Positions 1 to 9,132 of a DNA stretch of 20,000 nt are shown here, in pieces (position 1 is the first letter of the stretch; each line of letters opens with the position of its first letter). A model generated the notes under the pieces. That model searched no databases. It saw nothing but the letters and a program-made list of their open reading frames with translations, and was not told the origin of the DNA. A program made the translations under genes and the position numbers. Source of the DNA: Chrysochromulina tobinii. Taxonomy: Eukaryota. The stretch spans positions 46,309 to 66,308 of the forward strand of contig JWZX01003313.1 in NCBI GenBank assembly GCA_001275005.1, given 5' to 3'.

Positions 1-1892
1 CCGCGGCGCGCCGTCGTGGTCAGCGTTGGGGAAGGCTCGATCGACATTGCTGACAGGCCTGGCGTCGCAGTGCTCAGAGGCGGCGGCGCCCGGAGGAGTG
101 GAGGGCGCGGCGTTCTTGGCGGTGTGGCGGCTGCGGTAGCTACCCCAGACGTGCGCGGAGACGCGGCGGCGGCCCCAGGCGCTCCGGAAAGGTGACCGGT
201 AGCTGTACCGGTAGCTGTACCGGTAGCTGTACCGGCGGTAGCTGGGCCTCTGCATGGCGGTGTCTCAATGCCCGCGGGTGTCGTCACGGGCGGGCGGAAC
301 GGCGTGCGGAAAGACGACGAGGGCATGCGAGGCGACATGAGCCATGAGGAGGGCGGGAAGCCGTCGCTGCCCGTGTTCTCACCCCCCCCGCCGCCACCCA
401 CTCCGCCATCCCCGGCCCCGCCGCCACCCACTCCGGCGCCATCCCCCCCGCCACGCACTCCGCCACCACTCCACGGGTTACTCCACCAGTGGCCTCCGGA
501 GGTCCCACGAGATGCTTCGAGACGCCGCGAGATGAGAGCCGCGCCGCCGTCGGGTGCGCCGGCACACCAGTTCACAGCGGAAACGACCGCGTCCACGCTC
601 AGGTCCGACGGTGTGAAGTCTGAGTCCGGCACTGCCGTCTCTTTCGTCCATACACTCAGGGCGTGTGCCCGCGGCAGGCGGAATCCTGAGCGTGCCGAGT
701 GCGGCGCGGTGAGCGCTGCAAAGGCAGCCACTTTAGGCGGTGGCGGGGCGGGCGTCATGTTCCTCGCGGGCGTGGGCGGCTGCGCCGATCTTCCCCCGCG
801 CGGCGAGTGTAACGGTGGCTGCACCGGCTGCGGCTGCGGCTGCGGCTGCTGCGGCTGCTTATGCGGCTGCTGCCGCCGCTGCATCTGCGACGAGTGACTC
901 TCGAGTGCCGCGCCCTCGTCCGTTTCGAAATCCACCGTCTCGAGCGCCGAAGGCAGCCGGCGCGGCGTGCGCGGCGCACACTCGACGTCACTCGAGAATA
1001 GGGACAGCCCCGGTACGCGAGAGGCTGCAGCACGGCCAAGGCTCACGCGATCTCCCGAGTCGAGATGCTTGTCGAGGCGCGTGTCGACGGCGAGGCTGTA
1101 CGCGGCCTGCGCGACCGCGGTGCGCTCCACGTACTTCTCCACGTGCTCGAGGCTGTGCCCGAAGTAGTCTTTATTGGGGTTATGGAAGAGGAACTGGTCG
1201 CGCAGCGAACCTCGCAGCTTCGCATTCGATGTCTTGCGCTGCACTACGGATCCGTCGCGCTTCGCCTTGGCACGTACGAACTTGCCCATGCCCACGGAGC
1301 AGCGAAGCTGCCGGTGCAGCTCGTTCAATGTGAGTGAGCCCGAACCGTTCACATCCATGTCGTCGAACACCTCATCGACGTCCGCCACGTGCGCGGCGAT
1401 CTCCATCTCATGGCCATGCTGACCGTGCAGCAGCATGACCGCGGCTCTGAACTCAGCCTTGTCGATCTGGCCGTCGCCCGAGACGTCGCTGCGGATGAAG
1501 AAGTCGCGAAACAGGTTGGCCTTGCGCCGGATGGAATCCCGGAGCACGTACTGGAAATACTCCTTGTAAGAGATCTCTCCGCTACCATCCATGTCAAACT
1601 CGTCGAACAACTCGTCGTAGATGTGGGGCGGCATGTTAAAGCCAGGATCTTGAAGCCCAAGCGCCTCCATGCCCTCGTGGAACTCTGAGCGGCTCACCTG
1701 GCCGTTGTGGTCCTTGTCGATGACCTCAAAGAAGCTGCAGACCGTCCCAATCTTCTTGGAGAGGAGGTCGCGCAGCTTCTTGTGCTGCGCGTAGCGGATC
1801 TTCTCCTGCTCAACGATGGCTTTCATGGCCTCATCAGCTTTCCTTCGCGCGGCTGCCACCGAGCCATTCGAGGTGGGCGCGCATGTAGGCAT
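1..1892 (-). CDS. EF-hand Ca2+-binding protein (4 EF-hands) with a long Pro/Gln/Gly-rich disordered C-terminal tail; 3'-partial, runs off the window
   Basis: Translated by hand. ATG at 1892 (MPTCAPTSNG...), with an in-frame TAG upstream and no stop down to base 1, which is why the ORF track omits it. Four canonical 12-residue loops: DKDHNGQVSRSE, DMDGSGEISYKE, DVSGDGQIDKAE, DVNGSGSLTLNE (about 1720-1320). Confidence 0.88.
   Translation of the reverse strand, partial: MPTCAPTSNGSVAAARRKADEAMKAIVEQEKIRYAQHKKLRDLLSKKIGTVCSFFEVIDKDHNGQVSRSEFHEGMEALGLQDPGFNMPPHIYDELFDEFDMDGSGEISYKEYFQYVLRDSIRRKANLFRDFFIRSDVSGDGQIDKAEFRAAVMLLHGQHGHEMEIAAHVADVDEVFDDMDVNGSGSLTLNELHRQLRCSVGMGKFVRAKAKRDGSVVQRKTSNAKLRGSLRDQFLFHNPNKDYFGHSLEHVEKYVERTAVAQAAYSLAVDTRLDKHLDSGDRVSLGRAAASRVPGLSLFSSDVECAPRTPRRLPSALETVDFETDEGAALESHSSQMQRRQQPHKQPQQPQPQPQPVQPPLHSPRGGRSAQPPTPARNMTPAPPPPKVAAFAALTAPHSARSGFRLPRAHALSVWTKETAVPDSDFTPSDLSVDAVVSAVNWCAGAPDGGAALISRRLEASRGTSGGHWWSNPWSGGGVRGGGDGAGVGGGGAGDGGVGGGGGGENTGSDGFPPSSWLMSPRMPSSSFRTPFRPPVTTPAGIETPPCRGPATAGTATGTATGTATGHLSGAPGAAAASPRTSGVATAAATPPRTPRPPLLRAPPPLSTATPGLSAMSIEPSPTLTTTARR
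195..235. repeat. 12-bp tandem repeat (ACCGGTAGCTGT)x3+, encoding Thr-Ala-Thr-Gly repeats in the EF-hand protein tail
   Basis: Directly visible in the sequence. Confidence 0.9.
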
Positions 1893-3197
1893 CGCTCGGC
1901 CAAACAGATTTCGAACGAAGTCTGCAAACGAAGTCTATCAAAATCGAAGGGATGCATGCGTCAAGTCGGACGGAATTGGACCCGAATTACTCCCCGATGC
2001 ACAACAAGACGACATTGCCGCCGCACCTTGAGTGACGGCAGTCGCTCCTCCCCGGAGCTTCGCATGTGTGCACGACAGCGCTAAGAGCGCCGCGTATTTG
2101 AGCGGACAGTGGAAGGACACTCCTAAAATGGGCCACGCTTAGTTGACGAGTATCGGCAAAATGGCTACAATCTCATAACAATCTCAGCCAGACGAGCACC
2201 GATGACGCGCAGTGTAGACGCGCTGCTGCCCATACAGCCTGCATACGGATACGCCATGCTGTCTCTGTGAAACTCAGACCTGATCGATGCTTTCAGGCTT
2301 TCTGCCGGTACATGTATCAACATCCGCGATGTTCAACATGAAGCCTTTATGGAGAATTGAACCCGGGGGCTCGACCTAGGACAACTCACAACTGGCGAAA
2401 AGCCAAACTGATCTCGACTCTATCAGTCTATCTCGACTCAGAGACGCCATGGTTTTCTGCCAAATACTTGTGAAATTAATCGGCTGTATGTTAGCTGTGG
2501 TAGACCACGCCTCGGGCCGCTCCGCGGTAGCAGTCCACCGTTAAACTCCCGTTACGCTCCTGTCCGCCGGTCCTGAAAGAGTGCCGAGTGTTGAGCTTGG
2601 CCAACGCTCGTTTGTCGTGAATCATCTTTATTATCGTTCAGGCACTAGGCAACGCGCAGAGGTTCAGGAAGCGAAGGGACAGTGACTGTCTCGCTCTAAC
2701 CACGTGGGGACCTGTGTCCGTGAAGAGCTCCCGAGATCTTGGGAGCTCATGCATGCTTGCATGTATAGCTAACGCTAATGACCGGATGACCCCTTCCCGA
2801 CTGATTGGAGGGCGATTAAGGAGAGAGGGTGCTTACGGTAGCATGGTGCGTATTTACGGCAGCTGGACATGTATGGGCTTGTCATATGAATGAGGGCAGA
2901 GACGTATCAGCCGGCCGAGCCGCGATGGGGCCGCCTATAGGCCCGCGGGCCGCGTCGACGGCGCTCGGCCGCGTCGGCCCCGCCCCGATGCGGGAACCGC
3001 CGGTGCCGGCGCCGCCTAGCGCTACGTGTGCAGAACACGAGCAGAACACGAGCCGAAGAGTAAAGCGGAGCATTCACACTTGCATTCACACTCGGAGCAT
3101 TCTCTCGAGAGAACTCACACTCGCGGATCCCTCACACGGCGAGCGCACACGTCGCGGTCGCGTCCGCTGCGCGCTCAGGCCTTCACAGCTCGGCCCT

Positions 3198-4295
3198 TCA
3201 CAGCTCGGCGAGGAGAGCCTTGACGCCGCCTTCGACGTCGCCGTCGAAGGCGAAGGCCATCGACCAAAAGACAGCTGGTGAGCGAGCGGCCATCGCGGCG
3301 GGGGTGAGCAGGTGGCCCAGCTGGGTGCCGCGGCGTGAGGACCCCTTCGTGGAGAGCACGCGAAGGAAACCCTTGAGCTCGTCACGGCTCAGTAGCTGCA
3401 CGTGCTCGCACACAGACTTGCGCACTGCCTTGAAGGTGGCCGAGAGCACAGGGCAACCTTTGCCTTTTGGTGGGATGGGTGTGAGCACGAAAGAGACGCT
3501 GGCAAGCGCGGCCGTACGGTGCTCGATCATGCCGTGCTCCGAGAGGAAATCGGTCGTTCTGCCGCCGCCGCGTGCCGCCGCGCCCATGGCAGAGCCTGAT
3601 GAGGAATAGTAATCCGTGGCCAACTGCTCGGCGGTCAGTGCCTTCACCTTGGGAGGAGCGGCCGCAGTGCCGGCACCGCCGCCTCCGCCGCCGGCACCGC
3701 CGCCACCAGCGGCACCAGCGGCACTACCGGCACCGCCGACCTGGCTAGCCTTCTCCCTGGCCAGCGTGAGTGCGAGCGGGTCAGCCTTCTTGCGCTTGCG
3801 ACTACGGCCGGCAGAAGCTGCTGCTGCCACTCCTGCGCGCGGCTCGTCGTCGTCGTCGGCGTCGTCGTCGTCGGCAACGTCGTCAGCCGCAGCTCCGACG
3901 CCTGATGGACCCGCCACCGACGCTGCCACTGCTGCCGGTGCTGCCACTGGTGCTGGTGCTGGAAGATCCCGTGGCACCACACCATCGACAATGCGACGCA
4001 CCACCTGCGGCTTCTTGCGGCCGCCGCCTCCGCCTGCCGCTGCGGCTGCCGCTGCCGCCCGAACCAGCACACGAGCACCGTCACCACCTAGCACCGTGCT
4101 TGCTTGTGCGGCATCGGCAGCATCAAGTGCCTGCGGCGGGAAGCCCACCAGTAATTCTTGCGCATTGGCTGCGATGCCAGTGACGATGGTGATCTGTTCA
4201 CGGAGCACGGACATGGGCGCGTCCCGTGGCACGCTCACGGTGTAGTTCCCTGCCGGTCCCTGCACTCGCACCATGAGAACGCTCGGTCCCTGCAT
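3198..4295 (-). CDS. Protein with an N-terminal ubiquitin-like (YOD1/OTU1 UBX-like) domain, an acidic/basic low-complexity linker and an uncharacterised C-terminal domain
   Basis: MVRVQGPAGNYTVSV...VLREQITIVTGIAANAQELLVGFPP resembles the YOD1/OTU1 N-terminal UBL (ITGI..G.Q.ILVGYPP). NLS-like RSRKRKK is present. No OTU catalytic domain is seen. Start uncertain (ATG at 4295 or 4274, or further upstream). Confidence 0.7.
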   Translation of the reverse strand: MQGPSVLMVRVQGPAGNYTVSVPRDAPMSVLREQITIVTGIAANAQELLVGFPPQALDAADAAQASTVLGGDGARVLVRAAAAAAAAGGGGGRKKPQVVRRIVDGVVPRDLPAPAPVAAPAAVAASVAGPSGVGAAADDVADDDDADDDDEPRAGVAAAASAGRSRKRKKADPLALTLAREKASQVGGAGSAAGAAGGGGAGGGGGGAGTAAAPPKVKALTAEQLATDYYSSSGSAMGAAARGGGRTTDFLSEHGMIEHRTAALASVSFVLTPIPPKGKGCPVLSATFKAVRKSVCEHVQLLSRDELKGFLRVLSTKGSSRRGTQLGHLLTPAAMAARSPAVFWSMAFAFDGDVEGGVKALLAEL

Positions 4296-4457
4296 GAGAA
4301 CGCTCGAGTCCAGTGCTCTGTGCTCATGGCTCATGCTGGTTACTTTCAAAGTGTGAAGTCTGGACGCTTGCACTGTGAATAGTTGCTTTTCAAAGATATG
4401 ATGATTGTGAGCGTGTGGTGACTACGAACCGACTACATGTACCGAGTCTCGGTAAAA

Positions 4458-7400
4458 TCACTCGCCCTCATGGGCGATCGAGAGCGCGATGTACACGCCC
4501 CAGAGCGCCACGAGGAAGACGGCGCTCAGCCATTTGGCGACCGGCGGCCCGCCGAGCTCGGCACCGAGCAAAAGGCGGCGCCCGATGAGCGTGGCGAAGC
4601 CTAGGACCGCCACGCCCAAGAAGACCTGCACTGAGTAGGCGAGGTCGCCCGCAGGCACCGCGAAGCCGATGTCGATGCCGGGAGAGTACCACGGCTCGCC
4701 ACTGTATCGATCACGCCACGTGTCATCGTGCTCCTGCCCAAGAGAGGCCCAGTAGATGGCGGCGGCCATCCAGGGCAGCCCGAGGCCGAAGAAGACGTTG
4801 ACGCTGTTCGAGCCGGTGATGTTGACGATGGACGCGTCGGCGTACGGTTCGGTTTCGGCGGCGATGCGCGAGGCGAATGTGTCGGGCAGTGAGGTGCCCA
4901 TCGCGACAAAGGTGATGGCCGTCACAAATTTGGAGAGCCCCATGCAACAGCCCATGTGGCTCGCGAGGTCGCCGATGATCGCCGTGAGCGCACCGATCAG
5001 CGCGAGCGCCACGAGGAAGCAAGCCCAGCCTCCCGCGTAGTCGGGCGGCGGCACGCTTGCGCCGACGAGCTTCCAGGGCAGCGCGAGCAGCCATACCACC
5101 GTCGAGCCCACCGTACCGTCATCGGGCAGCTGCACGGCCTCCTCGAGCTGCGCGCGGTACGAGCTTGCGCTCAGCTCGGGCACCGGCTTTTGCTGCAAGC
5201 TGAAGTCGAGCAGGTGCACCGTCTCGTCGACTTTCGCGACGCGCTCCGAGTCGGCATGCACGTGCGCGACGGCGAAGATCGAGGCGCGGCGCTTGCGGCT
5301 GACACTATCATCGACGAAGCGAACCGCCTTCTCGCCCACGCGCCCCGTGGCCGACGTGAGCATAACCTGGAACTCGTCGGAGCGGTGGTACATGCCTGTG
5401 TCGATGAGCTCCACCTCAATCATCTTCTCGACAACGCCCTCCTCGAACACGAGCTTGCCCGAAGCGGCTACGTAGCCCAAGCCCGTGACCGAGCTGCCAT
5501 CGCGCGTTTCCCACAGACACGCAACCGTCCCTTCGCAGCCGTGCGTGCGTACCACTTTGAAAGATGCGCGCTGCGCGCTCTCCAAGACCTCGATCTCGCG
5601 TGAGTCGAAGTGCAGCTCGCCCGGCCCATAGTCGTCCTGGATGGTCACGTCGCACACGGTCGCCTCACCGAGCTGGCACGCTTGTGGCTTCGAGAGCACG
5701 ACCGTGAAAGCTTCGTCCCTTTCTTCCGCGACATCGCCGAAGATCTTGACGCTCACCGTCTGGAGCGTCACGCCCGGCGCGAAGCTCACGAGGCCCGCCG
5801 CCTTCTGGAAATCGACGCCCTCGGTGGCGCTGCCGTCCTTGGTGTCGTAGTAGACGGAGCACGCCTGGGACGCGTCACCGTGACGCACGATCGTGAGCGT
5901 CACCCTCCCTTGTGCCTCGCGGCACACGCACCACGACTGCGCCCATTGCACGCGGCACTCACCGCGTGCGTCCACCGCGCTGCTCTCTTGCTTCATGATA
6001 TCAGCGCGCAGCTGGCCGGCCGAGTCAAGGGCGTTCCTTCCGAGAGCGGCCTTCATGCCAGCCTTTCGGTAGTAGGCTTGCGACTGCGGCGGAAGCAGCA
6101 TCGAGGCAACGGCGGCAAGCTGTTCTTCGCCCGAGAGCTTCTCGATCGTCTTGAGCGCGAGCACGCGCGAGACGTCATTCTTCGAGATCTCGCGCCCATT
6201 CTTGTCGTAGCCGATGGCCGCGGCCGCCTCGGCACCCTCTGGGTCGTCGTCGGCAAAGACGGGCGGCTTGCCGTCGCCCACGTCTGCACGGTACGACACG
6301 TACACGAGGATGGGAAACATGACGAACGTGGCGACGCCTTCCCACACGTCGACTATGTCGGGTGTGTTGTAGACGAGGATGACGATAAGCCACACGTACG
6401 CCAGGAGCGAGGCGACCCCGGTGATGTAGAAGACGGGGAGCTCCTTGATATAGCGCTTGCCGCCGTCGGAGACAGCCGTGATGCTCACCGCCGAGATGAT
6501 CATGAGGTTGTATGCGGCCGAGCCCACGATCGTCGACGGGCCAAGCTCACCCGCGTAGAAACCAGAGCCCACGATCTCGATGATCGAGAGCAGAATCTCG
6601 GGCGAGGAGGAGCCGAGCGCCATCAGAGTGAGGCTAGCGACGGTTGGGTTCCACACGCTTACGGTGTACCTTCGCATCTCGCCTGAGGGCAGCACGACCG
6701 TCTTCGTCGTCTCCGTGGACGTAATTTGCTCGATGCCGGCCATGAAGACGTCCGCCACGATCGCCACACCCAGGAAGGTCCAGGAGAGCAGAGCCAGGAA
6801 GATGAGCGTGTTGCGCCCGGTGCGCGCGGGCCCCTCGATCAGCAGGCCGTCGGCGCAGTACGCACTGCCACCCTCCGAGCCGGCGTGTGGATCGTTGAGC
6901 CACTGCTCGAGATGCTCAAGCACCGGGTCCATCTCAACTAGGTCGACCCACTGTATCTCGTTGACGAGCACACCAAAGAGCATCCCGAGCACGAGCAGCA
7001 GCAGGCCGCAGCACACGGAGCGCAACGTGGATATCGAGCGCGTCTCCGGCGCCGACGGTGTCTCGTCCGCGCTCTGGCTCGCAAGCTTGACGGTGCCCGG
7101 CGCCTGAGATGCGCCCGACGGCGACGCTGCCTTGGCGACCGACGACGGCTGACGGATCGGGCTGGCAGCCGACGGCCTGGGCTGCGAAGGCGAGGCCGCG
7201 GCAATCTTGGGCGCCTGCACCGCTCGTGAATTGGTGGCCGAGGGCGAGCTGTTGGGCGAGATCATGCTGCAACACCGCTTGTACGGCGACTGCGCCATGC
7301 CAGAAAGTTGTTCGGCAGTGCAATCCTGAGCAGCCGCATAAGGCACGTTAGCGCCAGCAGCCCATGACAGGCTCGCAGAATTCGCGCACTGCTGCCGCTG

Positions 7401-7499
7401 ATCGAGGAGCGCAGCTTCGTCCTCGGTGCTGACCGGCGTTCTCGGCGGCTGCTGCCGGCGCAAGTTTCCCGGAATGTGCGATGTGCCCCAGTGCAGCAT
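4458..7499 (-). CDS. NCX: Na+/Ca2+ exchanger (CaCA superfamily, NCX/SLC8-like) with two Calx-beta domains
   Basis: Alpha-1 repeat LTLMALGSSSPEILLSIIE and GPSTIVGSAAYN. Alpha-2 repeat ITFVAMGTSLPDTFAS and NITGSNSVNVFFGLGLPW. Two Calx-beta repeats (TKDGSATEGVDF, TRDGSSVTGLGY) and C-terminal GAELGGP. True 5' end uncertain. Confidence 0.95.
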   Translation of the reverse strand: MLHWGTSHIPGNLRRQQPPRTPVSTEDEAALLDQRQQCANSASLSWAAGANVPYAAAQDCTAEQLSGMAQSPYKRCCSMISPNSSPSATNSRAVQAPKIAAASPSQPRPSAASPIRQPSSVAKAASPSGASQAPGTVKLASQSADETPSAPETRSISTLRSVCCGLLLLVLGMLFGVLVNEIQWVDLVEMDPVLEHLEQWLNDPHAGSEGGSAYCADGLLIEGPARTGRNTLIFLALLSWTFLGVAIVADVFMAGIEQITSTETTKTVVLPSGEMRRYTVSVWNPTVASLTLMALGSSSPEILLSIIEIVGSGFYAGELGPSTIVGSAAYNLMIISAVSITAVSDGGKRYIKELPVFYITGVASLLAYVWLIVILVYNTPDIVDVWEGVATFVMFPILVYVSYRADVGDGKPPVFADDDPEGAEAAAAIGYDKNGREISKNDVSRVLALKTIEKLSGEEQLAAVASMLLPPQSQAYYRKAGMKAALGRNALDSAGQLRADIMKQESSAVDARGECRVQWAQSWCVCREAQGRVTLTIVRHGDASQACSVYYDTKDGSATEGVDFQKAAGLVSFAPGVTLQTVSVKIFGDVAEERDEAFTVVLSKPQACQLGEATVCDVTIQDDYGPGELHFDSREIEVLESAQRASFKVVRTHGCEGTVACLWETRDGSSVTGLGYVAASGKLVFEEGVVEKMIEVELIDTGMYHRSDEFQVMLTSATGRVGEKAVRFVDDSVSRKRRASIFAVAHVHADSERVAKVDETVHLLDFSLQQKPVPELSASSYRAQLEEAVQLPDDGTVGSTVVWLLALPWKLVGASVPPPDYAGGWACFLVALALIGALTAIIGDLASHMGCCMGLSKFVTAITFVAMGTSLPDTFASRIAAETEPYADASIVNITGSNSVNVFFGLGLPWMAAAIYWASLGQEHDDTWRDRYSGEPWYSPGIDIGFAVPAGDLAYSVQVFLGVAVLGFATLIGRRLLLGAELGGPPVAKWLSAVFLVALWGVYIALSIAHEGE

Positions 7500-7964
7500 G
7501 ATAAAGCGACCGAAAAGAGCCTAATTCCAAACATTCCAAACTGGGAAGCTCCCCGAACGCGACGCGAATCCGCCTTATAGGTTGTAGCCGCCGTCGCATT
7601 AGAAGATCCCATGAAGAAATCGTGTCTAAAAACGTACCTTGTTCGCGTACGGTTCGGTTCGTGAGGCGGCTGCGCCACTTCAAACTTTTGTCTTATGCGT
7701 GTTTTGTGGAAGATGCGGAGCGCGGCATGGGAGCGCGGACAGGTTTGTCGTTTTTCCGCCGTCCGCCAACGCCCCGGGCCCATCGCGCTGCATGTCTTTT
7801 CATTGATACACAATACCCTCTAAATGTATCTACATCATGCTGACATCTATTCGCTGAAGAGCTGAATGCCTGAATCGTGAATGCCTCGGCGCCGTGAACA
7901 CTCCGAGGCGGCCGAGGGCCCCCTGAGACCAAGTTGTGGCTGTTCAGGATGGTTTTCTCATCCG

Positions 7965-8567
7965 TCAGCCAAAATGATGTGGCGGCGGCGGCGGCGGTGG
8001 CTTTCCACCGGTCACCGTCCACGGTGGCTTCGTAGACAACATCAGATGCTCCGCCGAGGACAGCAGCTCCATCAACGAGGACAGAAAAGGCGTCGCGTGA
8101 TGGGTGAAGGGGAAAACCGCGAGATTGCTGACGATCATGAGCACGAACAGGAGCAGAATTACGACGCACGTGGCGTAGCACATGGTTGGACACCGCATAA
8201 ACGCCGGGGTCTCCGCAGCGGTCAACGACCTGGGATGTGAGATCCACTGCGAAGACGCGCCCGCCGCCTGTGGGGGTGACCGGGCCGCCTTCGTGTAATA
8301 GGAGGTACCCACGGGTGTGCTGTATGATGTATCCGTCCGGTCGTACGGCGACTGTGCCATGCCCTTGTACAGATCGATATCAACCTGCACGCTCGTGCAG
8401 GCCTGAGCAGCCCTGTTGGGCACGTTGGCGCCAGTCGCCCATCTGGGGCTGGAAGAACTCGAGCGCTGCTGCCGGTCATCGAGGAGCGCAGCTTGGTCCT
8501 CGACGCTGATCGGCTCCCTCGACGGCTTCTGACTGCCCGAGCGCGAAAAGAACCCAAAGGCCGGCAT
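7965..8567 (-). CDS. Small single-pass membrane protein; N-terminal ~75 aa paralogous to the N-terminal extension of the adjacent NCX
   Basis: 200-aa ATG-initiated ORF with a hydrophobic segment CVVILLLFVLMIVSNLAVFPF and a poly-Pro tail. It aligns with the NCX N-terminus (EDQAALLDDRQQ/EDEAALLDQRQQ, WATGANVP/WAAGANVP, GMAQSPY in both). Confidence 0.6.
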   Translation of the reverse strand: MPAFGFFSRSGSQKPSREPISVEDQAALLDDRQQRSSSSSPRWATGANVPNRAAQACTSVQVDIDLYKGMAQSPYDRTDTSYSTPVGTSYYTKAARSPPQAAGASSQWISHPRSLTAAETPAFMRCPTMCYATCVVILLLFVLMIVSNLAVFPFTHHATPFLSSLMELLSSAEHLMLSTKPPWTVTGGKPPPPPPPHHFG

Positions 8568-9132
8568 CTTCGGCTCTCAAGGCCCTTGTCGCGGCTCGCA
8601 CGAAATCGTCGCCCGAAAGTCTCGAAGTTCTCAAAACTACTAAGTTTGGGACGTCCCTCCCGAAGTTCAAGTTCAAGTTACCTTCCCGAACGCCGATCTG
8701 CGACCTGGATTGGATGGCCGCCGGGGTGAGCGAGCACTTCGCCCGTAGCCCCATTTGGCGTGCTTCTGCGTCTTTCGAAAGACGGTCCCCATCGTCATGC
8801 GTTTCATGCCCCCTTAGGTATACTTAGGGCCCCAGCGCGTGCTTAGTGGGTGTGTGGGCCCGGGTGAGCGAGACTGGCTGCAATGTTGTGGGCGGCCGAC
8901 CCCTCCCCCGGTAAAAAGACCATGAAAAAGACACCGGGGGGAGCCGGGACACACACCGGACACGCGGACGCACAAAGGCACACGGACCGCACAGACGAGC
9001 CTCACAACCATCCACCCGTAAGGAAAACTTCAGAGCTGCTCACACCTCGCCCGCGAAACCCCCGCGTGTGAAGTCGGAACTGGTCTTCGGGTATCCGATA
9101 TTGCGTCGTGCTGCTGACGCTAGCAAGAGGAG

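Noticed and set aside
268..897. Plus-strand Pro-rich ORF with a metallothionein-like Cys-Gly tail
   Set aside because: It is the antisense shadow of the (CAG CCG)n Gln-Pro and Gly tracts of the minus-strand EF-hand gene.
2829..3281. 150-aa plus-strand ORF in the intergenic gap
   Set aside because: Non-ATG start, no motifs, low-complexity sequence, and it overlaps the 3' end of the opposite-strand gene.
5610..6686. 358-aa plus-strand ORF and other long overlapping ORFs
   Set aside because: Antisense or alternative-frame ORFs expected in high-GC coding DNA; no recognisable motifs.
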